Part shown: piece after piece, positions 16,063 to 24,323 of the stretch
How positions within the stretch are numbered: the stretch's first letter is position 1
Layout of the letters: the number at the start of each line of letters is the position of its first letter
Assembly: GCA_028688325.1 (NCBI GenBank)
Contig: JAQTYI010000001.1
Location: forward strand, 246,994-300,619
Length of the DNA stretch: 53,626 nucleotides
Source of the DNA: Candidatus Portnoybacteria bacterium
GTDB lineage: Bacteria > Patescibacteriota > Minisyncoccia > Portnoybacterales > GWB1-42-6
Direction: 5' to 3'
The notes under the pieces: model-generated
Told to the model about the DNA's origin: nothing
The model's input: the letters and a program-made list of their open reading frames with translations, nothing else
The model's database searches: none
Made by a program: the position numbers and the translations under genes

Positions 16063-17814
16063 ATGATCAAGTCACCAAACAAAAAAATTTGCGGCCAACG
16101 AGGATTTGCAGCGCTTTTTTCGGTTATGATAATAATGTCAATCGTTCTAATTATCGTCGCCGGGTTGGGGTTGGTCACAATAATAGAGCAAAAAATAATC
16201 GCCAACTCGGCCTATTCGGCCCAGGCCTACTATGCGGCTGAATCAGGGATAGAGGATTCTCTTTACCGACTCATAAAAAACAAAAGTTATTCGGCCAGCA
16301 CCACATTGCCGGTCGGCGCAGGCAGCGCGGCCATCGCCATTTCCGATGTCGGAACGCAAAAATATATTTTGTCCAAAGGACAAGAACGCGGACACTTTCG
16401 CAGTTTGCGCGCCAAACTAAACACCGGCGGCCAAAACATTTCCGCTTCTTTTTCTTACGGCGTCCAAGTGGGAAGGGGAGGGTTAAAAATGGATAACGGC
16501 AGCCAGGTGGAGGGCAATATCTTTTCCAACGGCCCAATTCTGGGGAGCGCTGGCGCAACCGTCACGGGAAATGCCTGGGTGGCCAACGATTCCTTGAGCG
16601 CAAACCAGCAAAGCATTGTAAATTCATCCGATTTTTCTTTCGGCCAAGCCAACCCGGTTATCGATGCGGCGCAAAGCTTCGTCCCTTCCGCCTCAAGCAA
16701 TCTGATCAAGATCAGTTTGCTGTTAAAAAAATTCGGTTCGCCCGGCAACAAAACGGTCCGCATCCTAACCGACAACGCCGGCCAGCCGTCAAAAACCCTG
16801 GTCAATTCCGGCGCATACGGAACGCTGCTTGCCAGCCAAGTTGGCAATTCTTCTTATGCTTGGGTTGACATAAAATTAAACAATCCGGCTTCTCTGCAAG
16901 CTGGCGTTAAGTATTGGATACTGATTGATTCTTCTTTAAACGAAGATGCTTATTTCATTTCGGCCCGAGATGCGAACGATTCTTACGCCGGCGGAACCGG
17001 CAAATACAGCCAAAATTGGAATACTTCCTCGCCCGCCTGGACCGATATCGGCGGAGATCTGGCCTTTAAGGCCTGGCTGGGCAGCGCCAATAATTTTTTG
17101 GACAGGGTTCTGGTCGGCGGCAATGCGCACGCCAACACGATTTCCGACTCAAGCATCACCGGCGACGCCTATTTTCAGACACTAACGAATTCCACCGTCG
17201 GCGGAACCAAGTATCCTGGCAGCTCCGATCCGACGATCCAAGATCTCCCTTTGACCCAAGCCATCATTGACGGCTGGAAAACAGAAGCGGCCAACGGAGG
17301 CGTCATAACCGGGGACTATATCGTTGACGCAGGAGCCGTTAAAATATTGGGGCCGAAAAAAATAGAAGGAAATCTCACTATTTCAAACCGGGGCGACTTG
17401 ACGGTCAGCGGGACAATTTTCGTAACCGGGAACATCAATATTTTCAACAATGCTAAGGTGCGACTTTCGTCCGAGTTTAACGGCAACAGCGGCGCCGTCA
17501 TCACCGACGGACTGATTTCGGTTACCAATAGCTGTTCCTTTTTCGGCGCCTCCGCCGGCAGCTATGTTCTGCTGCTTTCAACAAAATCCGGCCAAGCCAT
17601 CAACTTAGCCAACAATTCCGACACCGCGATCTTTTATGCGGCCAACGGCTCCGTTGATGTCAGCAACAATACCGTATTGAAAGAGTTGATCGGCCAACAG
17701 ATCCATTTAAACAACGGTTCCAGAATAGTTTACGAGGCCGCGCTGGCGGCGGTGAAATTTTCCAGCAGCGTCAGCGGCTCGTGGAAAGTGACGGCCTGGG
17801 AAGAAGTGCCGTAG
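16063..17814 (+). CDS. Large PilX-N-like pilus-associated protein (candidate tip or adhesin subunit)
   Basis: 583 aa. N-terminal QRG|FAALFSVMIIMSIVLII hydrophobic segment without Glu5, followed by a Gly/Asn/Ser-rich, beta-helix-like remainder. Confidence 0.5.
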   Translation: MIKSPNKKICGQRGFAALFSVMIIMSIVLIIVAGLGLVTIIEQKIIANSAYSAQAYYAAESGIEDSLYRLIKNKSYSASTTLPVGAGSAAIAISDVGTQKYILSKGQERGHFRSLRAKLNTGGQNISASFSYGVQVGRGGLKMDNGSQVEGNIFSNGPILGSAGATVTGNAWVANDSLSANQQSIVNSSDFSFGQANPVIDAAQSFVPSASSNLIKISLLLKKFGSPGNKTVRILTDNAGQPSKTLVNSGAYGTLLASQVGNSSYAWVDIKLNNPASLQAGVKYWILIDSSLNEDAYFISARDANDSYAGGTGKYSQNWNTSSPAWTDIGGDLAFKAWLGSANNFLDRVLVGGNAHANTISDSSITGDAYFQTLTNSTVGGTKYPGSSDPTIQDLPLTQAIIDGWKTEAANGGVITGDYIVDAGAVKILGPKKIEGNLTISNRGDLTVSGTIFVTGNINIFNNAKVRLSSEFNGNSGAVITDGLISVTNSCSFFGASAGSYVLLLSTKSGQAINLANNSDTAIFYAANGSVDVSNNTVLKELIGQQIHLNNGSRIVYEAALAAVKFSSSVSGSWKVTAWEEVP

Positions 17815-17906
17815 CGCCGGGCCCGCCTTTTTGCCTGACAATCAACCGGGTTTTGTGGTAAAATAAGATAAATAATCCGTTTGCATTATTGTTAAAACCT
17901 CAAAAG

Positions 17907-18995
17907 ATGTTCAATTTGCCGAACTCCAGCATCCACGGCTTTGGCATAGATCTAAGCGACCTGTCGATTAAAATAATCGACCTGAAAAAAAAGGGCGGGA
18001 ATTTTGAATTGGCGAGTTTTGGCCGCCAGGAAATCCCGGCCGGCCTCATTGAAAACGGCGAAATAAAAAAAGAAGAAGAGCTGATCGCGCTCATAAAAAA
18101 ATCCGTTAAAGAAGTGAAGGGAAGGGGATTAAAAAGCGATTATTGCATCGTTTCTTTGCCGGAAACCGAATCGTTCGTGCGCCTGGTGCACTTGCCGCTG
18201 ATGAAAAAAGAAGAGATGGCTGAGGCCATCAAATGGGAGATAGAAGCCAATATCCCTTTGTCGCTGCCGGAAATTTATTATGATTGGCGCGTTATTGAGA
18301 CGGCTGCCGGCGCCCGCCAAGATTATCTGGATATTTTAATCGGCGTGCTGCCTCAAAGAACCGTTGACCCGTATTTAAGCGTTCTGAAAAAAGCCGGTTT
18401 AAAGCCGTTTGTTTTTGAGATTGAGTCGCTGGCTATCGCCCGGGCGCTGGTTCCGGGAGGATGCTGCGACAAGCCCCTGCTCATTATCGATGTCGGCGCC
18501 AAAAGAACCAGTTTGGCGATTTTTTCCGGCCAAACGGTTTATTTCACCGCCAGCTTGCCGATTTCAAATTCCTCTATTGTTGAAACAATGAGTGAAAAAC
18601 TGAATATTGACCAAGAAAAGGCCAAACAAATAAAAATAGAGCAGGGCCTTGATTACAAAAATCCTGGCAGCTTAACGCTGCGGGCGTTGGCTCCGCTGAT
18701 GGACGAAACAACAAAAAAAATTAAGGATTATATTGATTACTATCAGGAACATTTGCCGGCCGCACCCAATGCTCAGAGCAACAAAATAAGCAGTGCCTTG
18801 CTTTGCGGCGGAGGGGCCAATTTTGCCGGACTGCCGGAATTTTTAACCGAAAAATTGGGCTTCCCCGTTTTCCCGGGCAATCCGTGGTCCAATGTTTTCA
18901 AGGGCGCGCCAAAAAATATTTCGGGGCTCTCTTCCGGCGAGGCCTTGAGTTTTGCCACGGCCATCGGACTGGCCATCAGGGGGTTGAAAGAATAA
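17907..18995 (+). CDS. pilM: Type IV pilus assembly protein PilM (actin-like ATPase fold)
   Basis: GIDLSDLSIKIIDL start, size and position upstream of pilN/pilO-like genes. Confidence 0.85.
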   Translation: MFNLPNSSIHGFGIDLSDLSIKIIDLKKKGGNFELASFGRQEIPAGLIENGEIKKEEELIALIKKSVKEVKGRGLKSDYCIVSLPETESFVRLVHLPLMKKEEMAEAIKWEIEANIPLSLPEIYYDWRVIETAAGARQDYLDILIGVLPQRTVDPYLSVLKKAGLKPFVFEIESLAIARALVPGGCCDKPLLIIDVGAKRTSLAIFSGQTVYFTASLPISNSSIVETMSEKLNIDQEKAKQIKIEQGLDYKNPGSLTLRALAPLMDETTKKIKDYIDYYQEHLPAAPNAQSNKISSALLCGGGANFAGLPEFLTEKLGFPVFPGNPWSNVFKGAPKNISGLSSGEALSFATAIGLAIRGLKE

Positions 18996-18997
18996 AT

Positions 18998-19549
18998 ATG
19001 ACCGAACTTAATTTGCTTCCACCGCAAGAAAAAGAGCTGCTCAACCTGGAAAAAACCCGGCGCTGGGTATCTTTTTACGGCGCCGGCTTCCTGATCGTTG
19101 TTTTGGGCTTTGCCATTCTGCTGGGTTTTGTCTGGTTTTTCATTTTGATCCAGCTTAAAAGCTACGCCCTGACAGCGCAAAACATCAAAGCAAGCTTTCA
19201 AGGACAAGGCGTTGACAAGGAAAAACAGCTTGTCGGAGAACTCAATCAATATTTGGAAAAAGTCGGCCAAATCCAAAAAAATCACAAATACTTTTCGCCG
19301 GTCCTGATCGAAATCGCCAATATCACTCCGGCCGGTGTCCGCATCGAAGGCCTGTCCATTGACGAGAAAGGCCGGGTGGAAATAACAGGATTCGCCCCCA
19401 TGAGAACGCAAGTTTTGATGCTGCAGGAGGCCCTGGTCAAATCAAAGTTATTCGCCGGAATAGAAAACCCCCTAGCCAATCTGACCAAGCAGACAAACAT
19501 CAATTTTAATTTTAAATTCGGCCTCAAGCCGGAAGAGCTCGTCAAATGA
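18998..19549 (+). CDS. pilN: PilN-like bitopic pilus alignment protein
   Basis: LNLLPPQEK motif followed by one TM helix. Start at ATG 18998, 2 nt after the pilM stop. Confidence 0.65.
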   Translation: MTELNLLPPQEKELLNLEKTRRWVSFYGAGFLIVVLGFAILLGFVWFFILIQLKSYALTAQNIKASFQGQGVDKEKQLVGELNQYLEKVGQIQKNHKYFSPVLIEIANITPAGVRIEGLSIDEKGRVEITGFAPMRTQVLMLQEALVKSKLFAGIENPLANLTKQTNINFNFKFGLKPEELVK

Positions 19550-20103
19550 TAAGCACCGTCAATTTGAGCCCCAAACAAAGGATTTATCTTACCGCCGCTT
19601 TTTGGCTGGCCGTTTTGGCGTTAGCCGTCTTTACGCTTGTCGCGCCGCTAATATCACAAATAAAAAACGACGGCCTGGAATTGGCGCAAAAAAAACAAGA
19701 AATGGAAATATTTTCCGGCGCCTGGCAAGCGCTGGGCGAGGTTAAAAACGAATATAAAAATATGCAAAACGAACTTTACGCGCTGCCCGCGCTGCTGGAC
19801 GGCAGCGAAGCCCTGAAATTCATTGTGCTGATGGAAAAATTCGCCCAGGCCACCGATAACCGCCAGGAGGTTTCGGTCGTCGCACCGGCAGCCGGTGAAA
19901 AAACACCCGCGGCGAAAAAGACGACCGACTTTCAGGTTAATCTGAGCGGCAATTTTCCCAATTTGATAAAATTTCTCATTTATCTCGAAAACGCGCCCTA
20001 CTATAACAATCTCGTCTCGCTGCAAACCCAGCGCTTGCCGGAAAAAGACGGCGCCGGCAACGGCGAAATCAACACTGTTTTAAAAATATCCGTCTACCAA
20101 TAA
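19546..20103 (+). CDS. pilO: PilO-like bitopic pilus alignment protein
   Basis: One N-terminal TM helix plus a coiled coil. ATGA start/stop overlap with pilN. Confidence 0.55.
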   Translation: MISTVNLSPKQRIYLTAAFWLAVLALAVFTLVAPLISQIKNDGLELAQKKQEMEIFSGAWQALGEVKNEYKNMQNELYALPALLDGSEALKFIVLMEKFAQATDNRQEVSVVAPAAGEKTPAAKKTTDFQVNLSGNFPNLIKFLIYLENAPYYNNLVSLQTQRLPEKDGAGNGEINTVLKISVYQ

Positions 20104-20148
20104 ATCCGCTGGCAGGAGCTATAAAAAATAATCCGGGAATATAACCGA

Positions 20149-20430
20149 ATGAACATCCCAAACGCCTTAAAATTCAAAAAAACTCGCGACTTGCTGGTTT
20201 CTCTGTTAACCCGCCATCCGGCATGGTGCCTTTGGACGCTGGCTTTTTTACTGACAATTTACGCGCTGGTGATTTTTGGCGCCTATGCCGTAAAAAATCC
20301 CAACACCGGCGCGCAAACCGGCCTGCAAATAAAAAAAGATATCTACCAGGAAGTCCTGTCGCGCCTGAAAGCGCGCGATACCAATATCCAGCAGGGGATA
20401 GGGCAAACTTATCCGGATATTTTTAAATAA
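20149..20430 (+). CDS. Small single-pass membrane protein, last gene of the pilus operon
   Basis: 93-aa ORF with one TM helix (AWCLWTLAFLLTIYALVIFGAYA), followed by a terminator. Confidence 0.5.
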   Translation: MNIPNALKFKKTRDLLVSLLTRHPAWCLWTLAFLLTIYALVIFGAYAVKNPNTGAQTGLQIKKDIYQEVLSRLKARDTNIQQGIGQTYPDIFK

Positions 20431-20443
20431 TGTTTCGCAAAAC

Positions 20444-20474
20444 AAAAAAACTCCCGCTGAAATGGGAGTTTTTT
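20444..20474. terminator. Bidirectional rho-independent terminator (pilus operon / DEAD-box gene)
   Basis: AAAAAAACTCCC-gctgaaat-GGGAGTTTTTT. Confidence 0.75.
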
Positions 20475-20486
20475 AATAAACTACAA

Positions 20487-21710
20487 TTACCTTCTGCGGC
20501 CTCGGCCGCCGCGGCGGTTCGCCCAGCCAAAGCTCATGGTGCTGCCGCGCCTTGAGTAGGTCGGCCGCATATTGGCTTGTTCAAGCTTGGAAATTTCCGT
20601 CAAATCTAATTTTTTATTCACCAGCCGCTCAATGCTGCGGATATCCTTGCCTTGGTCCGGCATAGCGAAAGAAATGGCTTTGCCGGCGTTTCCCGCCCGG
20701 GCGGTGCGGCCGATACGGTGGACATAGTCCTCGGAATTGTCCGGCAGGTCGAAATTTACCACCAGTTCAATATTGTTGACATCTATGCCCCGGGCGGCGA
20801 TATCCGTGGCCACCAGTATCCGGTATTTTTTGCTCTTAAAACCCGCCATAGCTTCGCATCGGCGGCCGAATGAAAGATTGGAATGAATTTCCGCCACTTT
20901 GTGACCGGCCCGCTCGAGTTTCCCGGCCAAAGACCCGGCGCCGTGCTTGGTGCGGGTGAAGATCAAAACCGCGCCGTTGTATTGCCTGAGTATCTTTTCC
21001 AGCTCAACATATTTTTCTTCTTTTCTCACCACGAATATTTCCTGGTCAACGAACTCGGCGGTCGTGCCGGAAGGGGCTATCTCAATGTGCACGGGCGTCG
21101 TCATATATATGGAAGCGAGTTTCAGAATCTCATTAGGCATGGTCGCGGAAAAAAGCACGGTCTGGCGTCCCTGCGGAACGCGTTTCATTATTTCTTTCAG
21201 TTGCGGAGCAAAACCCATATCCAGCATCCTGTCGGCTTCATCCAGCACCAAAATTTTAACATCGTCCAATTTTACCGAACCTCTTTTCAAATGGTCTATC
21301 AAACGGCCCGGCGTCGCCACAATAATATGCGGGTTCCTTTTCAATCCTTGCAGCTGCCGCCCCATCGCTTCGCCGCCGATCAAGGAGACGGTCCGCAACC
21401 CCAATTTTTCACCCAGCTTTACCAGATTTTCATCCACCTGCAAAGCCAGCTCGCGGGTCGGCAAAATGACCAAACCGCAGCCCTTATTGAGCATCAGCCG
21501 CTCCAGCATCGGGATACCAAAAGCGAAGGTCTTGCCCGTGCCGGTCTGCGCTACGCCAATCAGGTCTTGCCCCGCCAAGACAATCGGGATGGACTTGGCT
21601 TGAATAGGCGTGGGGACTTCCAACTTCAAGCTTTCCAATACCCTTAAAATGGACGCGTTAACGCCCAAACCTTTAAAACCATTTTCGATTTGTTTAGTTT
21701 GTTCTAACAT
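20487..21710 (-). CDS. DEAD-box ATP-dependent RNA helicase with an RGG tail
   Basis: Q-motif PTPIQ, AQTGTGKT, DEAD, SAT, HRIGRTARAG and C-terminal RRGGRGRRR. Confidence 0.95.
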   Translation of the reverse strand: MLEQTKQIENGFKGLGVNASILRVLESLKLEVPTPIQAKSIPIVLAGQDLIGVAQTGTGKTFAFGIPMLERLMLNKGCGLVILPTRELALQVDENLVKLGEKLGLRTVSLIGGEAMGRQLQGLKRNPHIIVATPGRLIDHLKRGSVKLDDVKILVLDEADRMLDMGFAPQLKEIMKRVPQGRQTVLFSATMPNEILKLASIYMTTPVHIEIAPSGTTAEFVDQEIFVVRKEEKYVELEKILRQYNGAVLIFTRTKHGAGSLAGKLERAGHKVAEIHSNLSFGRRCEAMAGFKSKKYRILVATDIAARGIDVNNIELVVNFDLPDNSEDYVHRIGRTARAGNAGKAISFAMPDQGKDIRSIERLVNKKLDLTEISKLEQANMRPTYSRRGSTMSFGWANRRGGRGRRR

Positions 21711-21789
21711 AAAATAATAAAAAAATAAGCGACCCGTTTCTGCGGATCACTTTCAATGACACCCGAGAGGCGAATCTATTAACTGTTTA

Positions 21790-21818
21790 AGTATAGCACT
21801 AATAGATTGGGATGTCAA
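21790..21818 (-). promoter_or_regulatory. Sigma70-like promoter (minus strand TTGACA-N17-TATACT) for the DEAD-box helicase
   Basis: The reverse complement reads tTTGACAtcccaatctattagtgcTATACTt, implying a ~70-nt leader. Confidence 0.5.
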
Positions 21819-21836
21819 ATATTGTTTGCCGAAGGG

Positions 21837-21909
21837 TGCACCCGGCAGGGATCGAACCTGCGACCTTCTCGTTAAGAGCGAGCAGCTCTACCAACTGAGC
21901 TACGGGTGC
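21837..21909 (-). tRNA. tRNA-Lys (CTT)
   Basis: The reverse complement gives GCACCCG...CGGGTGC+A, D-arm AGCTCAGTTGGTAGAGC, anticodon loop CTCTTAA and T-arm GCAGG-TTCGATC-CCTGC. Confidence 0.9.
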
Positions 21910-21961
21910 AAAATATAATTTTTAACTATAAACTACGAACTAAAAACTAACAACTATTTTG

Positions 21962-22033
21962 TCTCCCCGATAGGAATCGAACCTATATAAGCAGCTTAGA
22001 AGGCTACTGCTCTATCCATTGAGCTACGGGGAG
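21962..22033 (-). tRNA. tRNA-Arg (TCT)
   Basis: The reverse complement gives CTCCCCG...CGGGGAG+A, D-arm AGCTCAATGGATAGAGC, anticodon stem-loop GTAGC-CTTCTAA-GCTGC and T-arm ATAGG-TTCGATT-CCTAT. Confidence 0.85.
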
Positions 22034-22050
22034 AGATTCTGCTCCTCCCC

Positions 22051-22431
22051 TTAATTTAAGGGGAGGTTGGGAGGGGTTATGTGTTCCAAAATTTTTAAAA
22101 TCACTCCATCCGTATTTTTCAAAATATCGTTATCCCAGAATCTTAATATATTTATATTAAATTGCTCTAAATAGCAAGTGCGTTTTGTGTCATGTTCTTT
22201 TTGCGATATATCGTGCTGACTCCCATCAGCTTCAATGCCCAATCTTATTGCCGGACAATAAAAATCCAGGATATATGGGCCGACGCTGTATTGGCGGAAA
22301 AACTTTACTCCGGCTAATTGCCTATTTCGTAATTTTGACCAAAGCTTTCGTTCAGCATCGGTTGATGCTTTCCTTAAATCACGCCGGTGTATTTTAACAG
22401 AAGATTTGTTAAAAACAAATTTTTTGTTCAT
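22051..22431 (-). CDS. DUF559 (Vsr-like) endonuclease domain protein
   Basis: The pattern FFRQYSVGPYILDFYCPAIRLGIEADGSQH...LRFWDNDI is typical of DUF559. It is AT-rich and bracketed by G/C-rich hairpins at 22040-22075 and 22440-22480. Confidence 0.85.
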   Translation of the reverse strand: MNKKFVFNKSSVKIHRRDLRKASTDAERKLWSKLRNRQLAGVKFFRQYSVGPYILDFYCPAIRLGIEADGSQHDISQKEHDTKRTCYLEQFNINILRFWDNDILKNTDGVILKILEHITPPNLPLN

Positions 22432-22485
22432 TTTCTAACTCCCCCTAACCCCCTCTTAATCTAAGAGGGGGAATTAGATCAATCG

Positions 22486-23466
22486 TTATCCTCTTTTCTT
22501 CCCGTGAAAATTCTTGTGTATCTCGCGCAATTGCTTGTCGGTGATATGAGTGTATATCTGAGTGGTGGTGATAGAGGAGTGACCCAGCATCGCTTGCACG
22601 GACCTGATATCCGCGCCGCTCATTAAAAGATCAGTGGCAAAAGAGTGGCGCATAGTATGCGGGGTGACGCGGCGAGTAATGCCGGCTTTGATGGCATACT
22701 GTTTGATTATCCTTTGCACGGAACGCGGTGTCAAGCGCATCTCCGACAATCGGACCTTCTGGGCCTTGCCGGTCTTAACCTGGATCGCGTCCACCTTGCC
22801 CAGCGACCCCTTGCCTTTGGGCGTACGCACAAACAGCGCCGGCTCGATATCCTTGCGCTTGGCCAGATAAGTTTTTACGGCTGCTTTGGCGGTATCGGAA
22901 ATAAAAACAACCCTGATCTTTTCGCCTTTACCGCGCACAGAAAATTCGCCTTTATCCAGGTTAAAGCTGTCTCGGTTCAATCTGCAAATTTCCGAAACGC
23001 GCAGGCCGGTGGAAAAAAGCATTTCCAGCAACGCCCGGTCGCGCAGGGAACGAAGCGAGTCCCCGTCGGGGGAGCGCAGAAGCCGCGCTAGTTCGTCGCC
23101 CTCCAGAAATTCCACTTCGCGCGGCGCCTGCCTGGCCAGCTCAATCTTGTCGGCCGCCATGGATTTGACATCCCGTTTGGCCAGATATTTCAAAAAATTG
23201 CGCAGGGCGATAATATGATAATTCTGGGTTATCTTTTTCAGGCCCTTGCCCTTCGAAGCTTTAGCGGAGGAGGGTTCCAGGCGATTCAGGTGTAGCCGGT
23301 AGTCGCGGATGAGGTCCGCGTTGATGTCATCCGCGCTTTTTATCTTGGCAAACGCCAAAAACCGCCGCAAATAATGGCCGTAATTTTCCGTGGTCTTAAT
23401 TGACCGGCCGCGTTCAACTTCCAAATAAGCCAGATAATCCGCTAATAATTTTTCTATGTCCTGCAT
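22486..23466 (-). CDS. xerC: Site-specific tyrosine recombinase, XerC/XerD family
   Basis: N-terminal SAM-like domain (YLAYLEVERGRS), catalytic region R...HTMRHSFATDLL...GHSSITTTQIYTH. Start at ATG 23466. Confidence 0.9.
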   Translation of the reverse strand: MQDIEKLLADYLAYLEVERGRSIKTTENYGHYLRRFLAFAKIKSADDINADLIRDYRLHLNRLEPSSAKASKGKGLKKITQNYHIIALRNFLKYLAKRDVKSMAADKIELARQAPREVEFLEGDELARLLRSPDGDSLRSLRDRALLEMLFSTGLRVSEICRLNRDSFNLDKGEFSVRGKGEKIRVVFISDTAKAAVKTYLAKRKDIEPALFVRTPKGKGSLGKVDAIQVKTGKAQKVRLSEMRLTPRSVQRIIKQYAIKAGITRRVTPHTMRHSFATDLLMSGADIRSVQAMLGHSSITTTQIYTHITDKQLREIHKNFHGKKRG

Positions 23467-23835
23467 TTTTTTGCCGAGATTTTGCGATGTTTGAAAAATG
23501 TCGCAACAATCTCGGCGCATATTGCGATACAATTTTAACTGCGTTGTAATATGTTCATTTTACGACATAAAAATCTTCCGCGCAATCCCAAAATACTCCG
23601 GGCAGTTACCCCAGCCAGAAATTCAACCATGCTCCACAATAAACCAAGCGGGAAAGCGATTTCGCCTGCTCGCCTCGCTAAAGCGAGAGCAAAGCGGGTG
23701 GCTTTGTTCTAAATAATCCGGATTTCAAGGCAAACTTCCAGCGGGGCATTGCATTTTTTCCCAATCCGTGTTATCTTCAAACCAATAAAGATAACCGATC
23801 ATTTTTGGAACTTCGCCCCAGAAATATCCATATCA

Positions 23836-23969
23836 ATGCCAGGTAGTGAAAATTCGGTAGTTTATCCGAATCATAAATATACTTGGCAAATCAATAAAAT
23901 AGAAAGAAATAGCGGCTTAAATTTACTTTATCATTTGAATTAAATACAGCCGAATTTCTACTACCTGGA
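23836..23969 (+). promoter_or_regulatory. Start-codon-abutting inverted-repeat leader cassette, copy 1 (rpsO)
   Basis: ATGCCAGGTAGTGAAAATTCGG ... CCGAATTTCTACTACCTGGA|ATG. The 19-bp arms at 23839-23857 and 23950-23968 are complementary. The same architecture occurs at 30582-30714 and 34061-34191. Confidence 0.6.
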
Positions 23970-24236
23970 ATGTTAAAAAAAGCCAAGAAAAGCAAAATTA
24001 TAGAAGAATTCAAGGCCCACGATACCGATACGGGCTCGCCCGAAGTGCAGACGGCCATCTTGACCGAGCAGATAAAAAAACTGACGGGCCATTTGAAAAA
24101 ACACGCCAAAGACAATCATTCCCGTTTCGGCTTGCTGAAAATGGTCGCCAAACGCAAAAAGCTTATCGACTATTTGTCCAAAGAAGACCCTGAGAGGCAT
24201 AAAAAACTTTTGAAAAAGCTGGACTTGAAAAAATAA
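23970..24236 (+). CDS. rpsO: 30S ribosomal protein S15
   Basis: 88 aa. The pattern DTGSPEVQTAILTEQIKKLTGHLKKHAKDNHSRFGLLKMVAKRKKLIDYL is typical of S15. Confidence 0.97.
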   Translation: MLKKAKKSKIIEEFKAHDTDTGSPEVQTAILTEQIKKLTGHLKKHAKDNHSRFGLLKMVAKRKKLIDYLSKEDPERHKKLLKKLDLKK

Positions 24237-24323
24237 TTTATTTCCCCCTTTTCGTAAAGGGGGATTAAGGGGGATTTAAATCCTCCCTAACCCTCCTTTA
24301 CCAAAAGGAGGGTATTTAATAAA

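Noticed and set aside
20883-21647. Long antisense or overlapping ORFs in the six-frame track (for example 20883-21647 and 20947-21603 opposite the DEAD-box gene, 26584-27249 opposite pnp, 13594-14238 opposite pilC, 18773-19411 opposite pilM/pilN, 10986-11531 opposite pilB).
   Set aside because: Each lies entirely within a gene that has clear family motifs on the other strand. Their translations are low-complexity or Arg/Gly-rich, as expected of shadow frames.
22486-23466. The tyrosine recombinase next to tRNA genes as a prophage or ICE integrase marking an integrated element.
   Set aside because: The protein has the XerC/XerD N-terminal and catalytic pattern. No phage or conjugation genes adjoin it, and no attL/attR-like tRNA 3' duplication was seen. 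It is most simply the chromosomal dimer-resolution recombinase.
23836-23943. The short uORFs opening each leader cassette (MPGSENSVVYPNHK..., MPGSENLTGYILQK, MRAVKIRRDIFF...) as conserved small proteins.
   Set aside because: Only the first 6 residues, which are encoded by the conserved 5' arm, are shared by two copies. Lengths (36, 14 and 28 codons) and sequences otherwise differ, so conservation is at the nucleotide or structure level.
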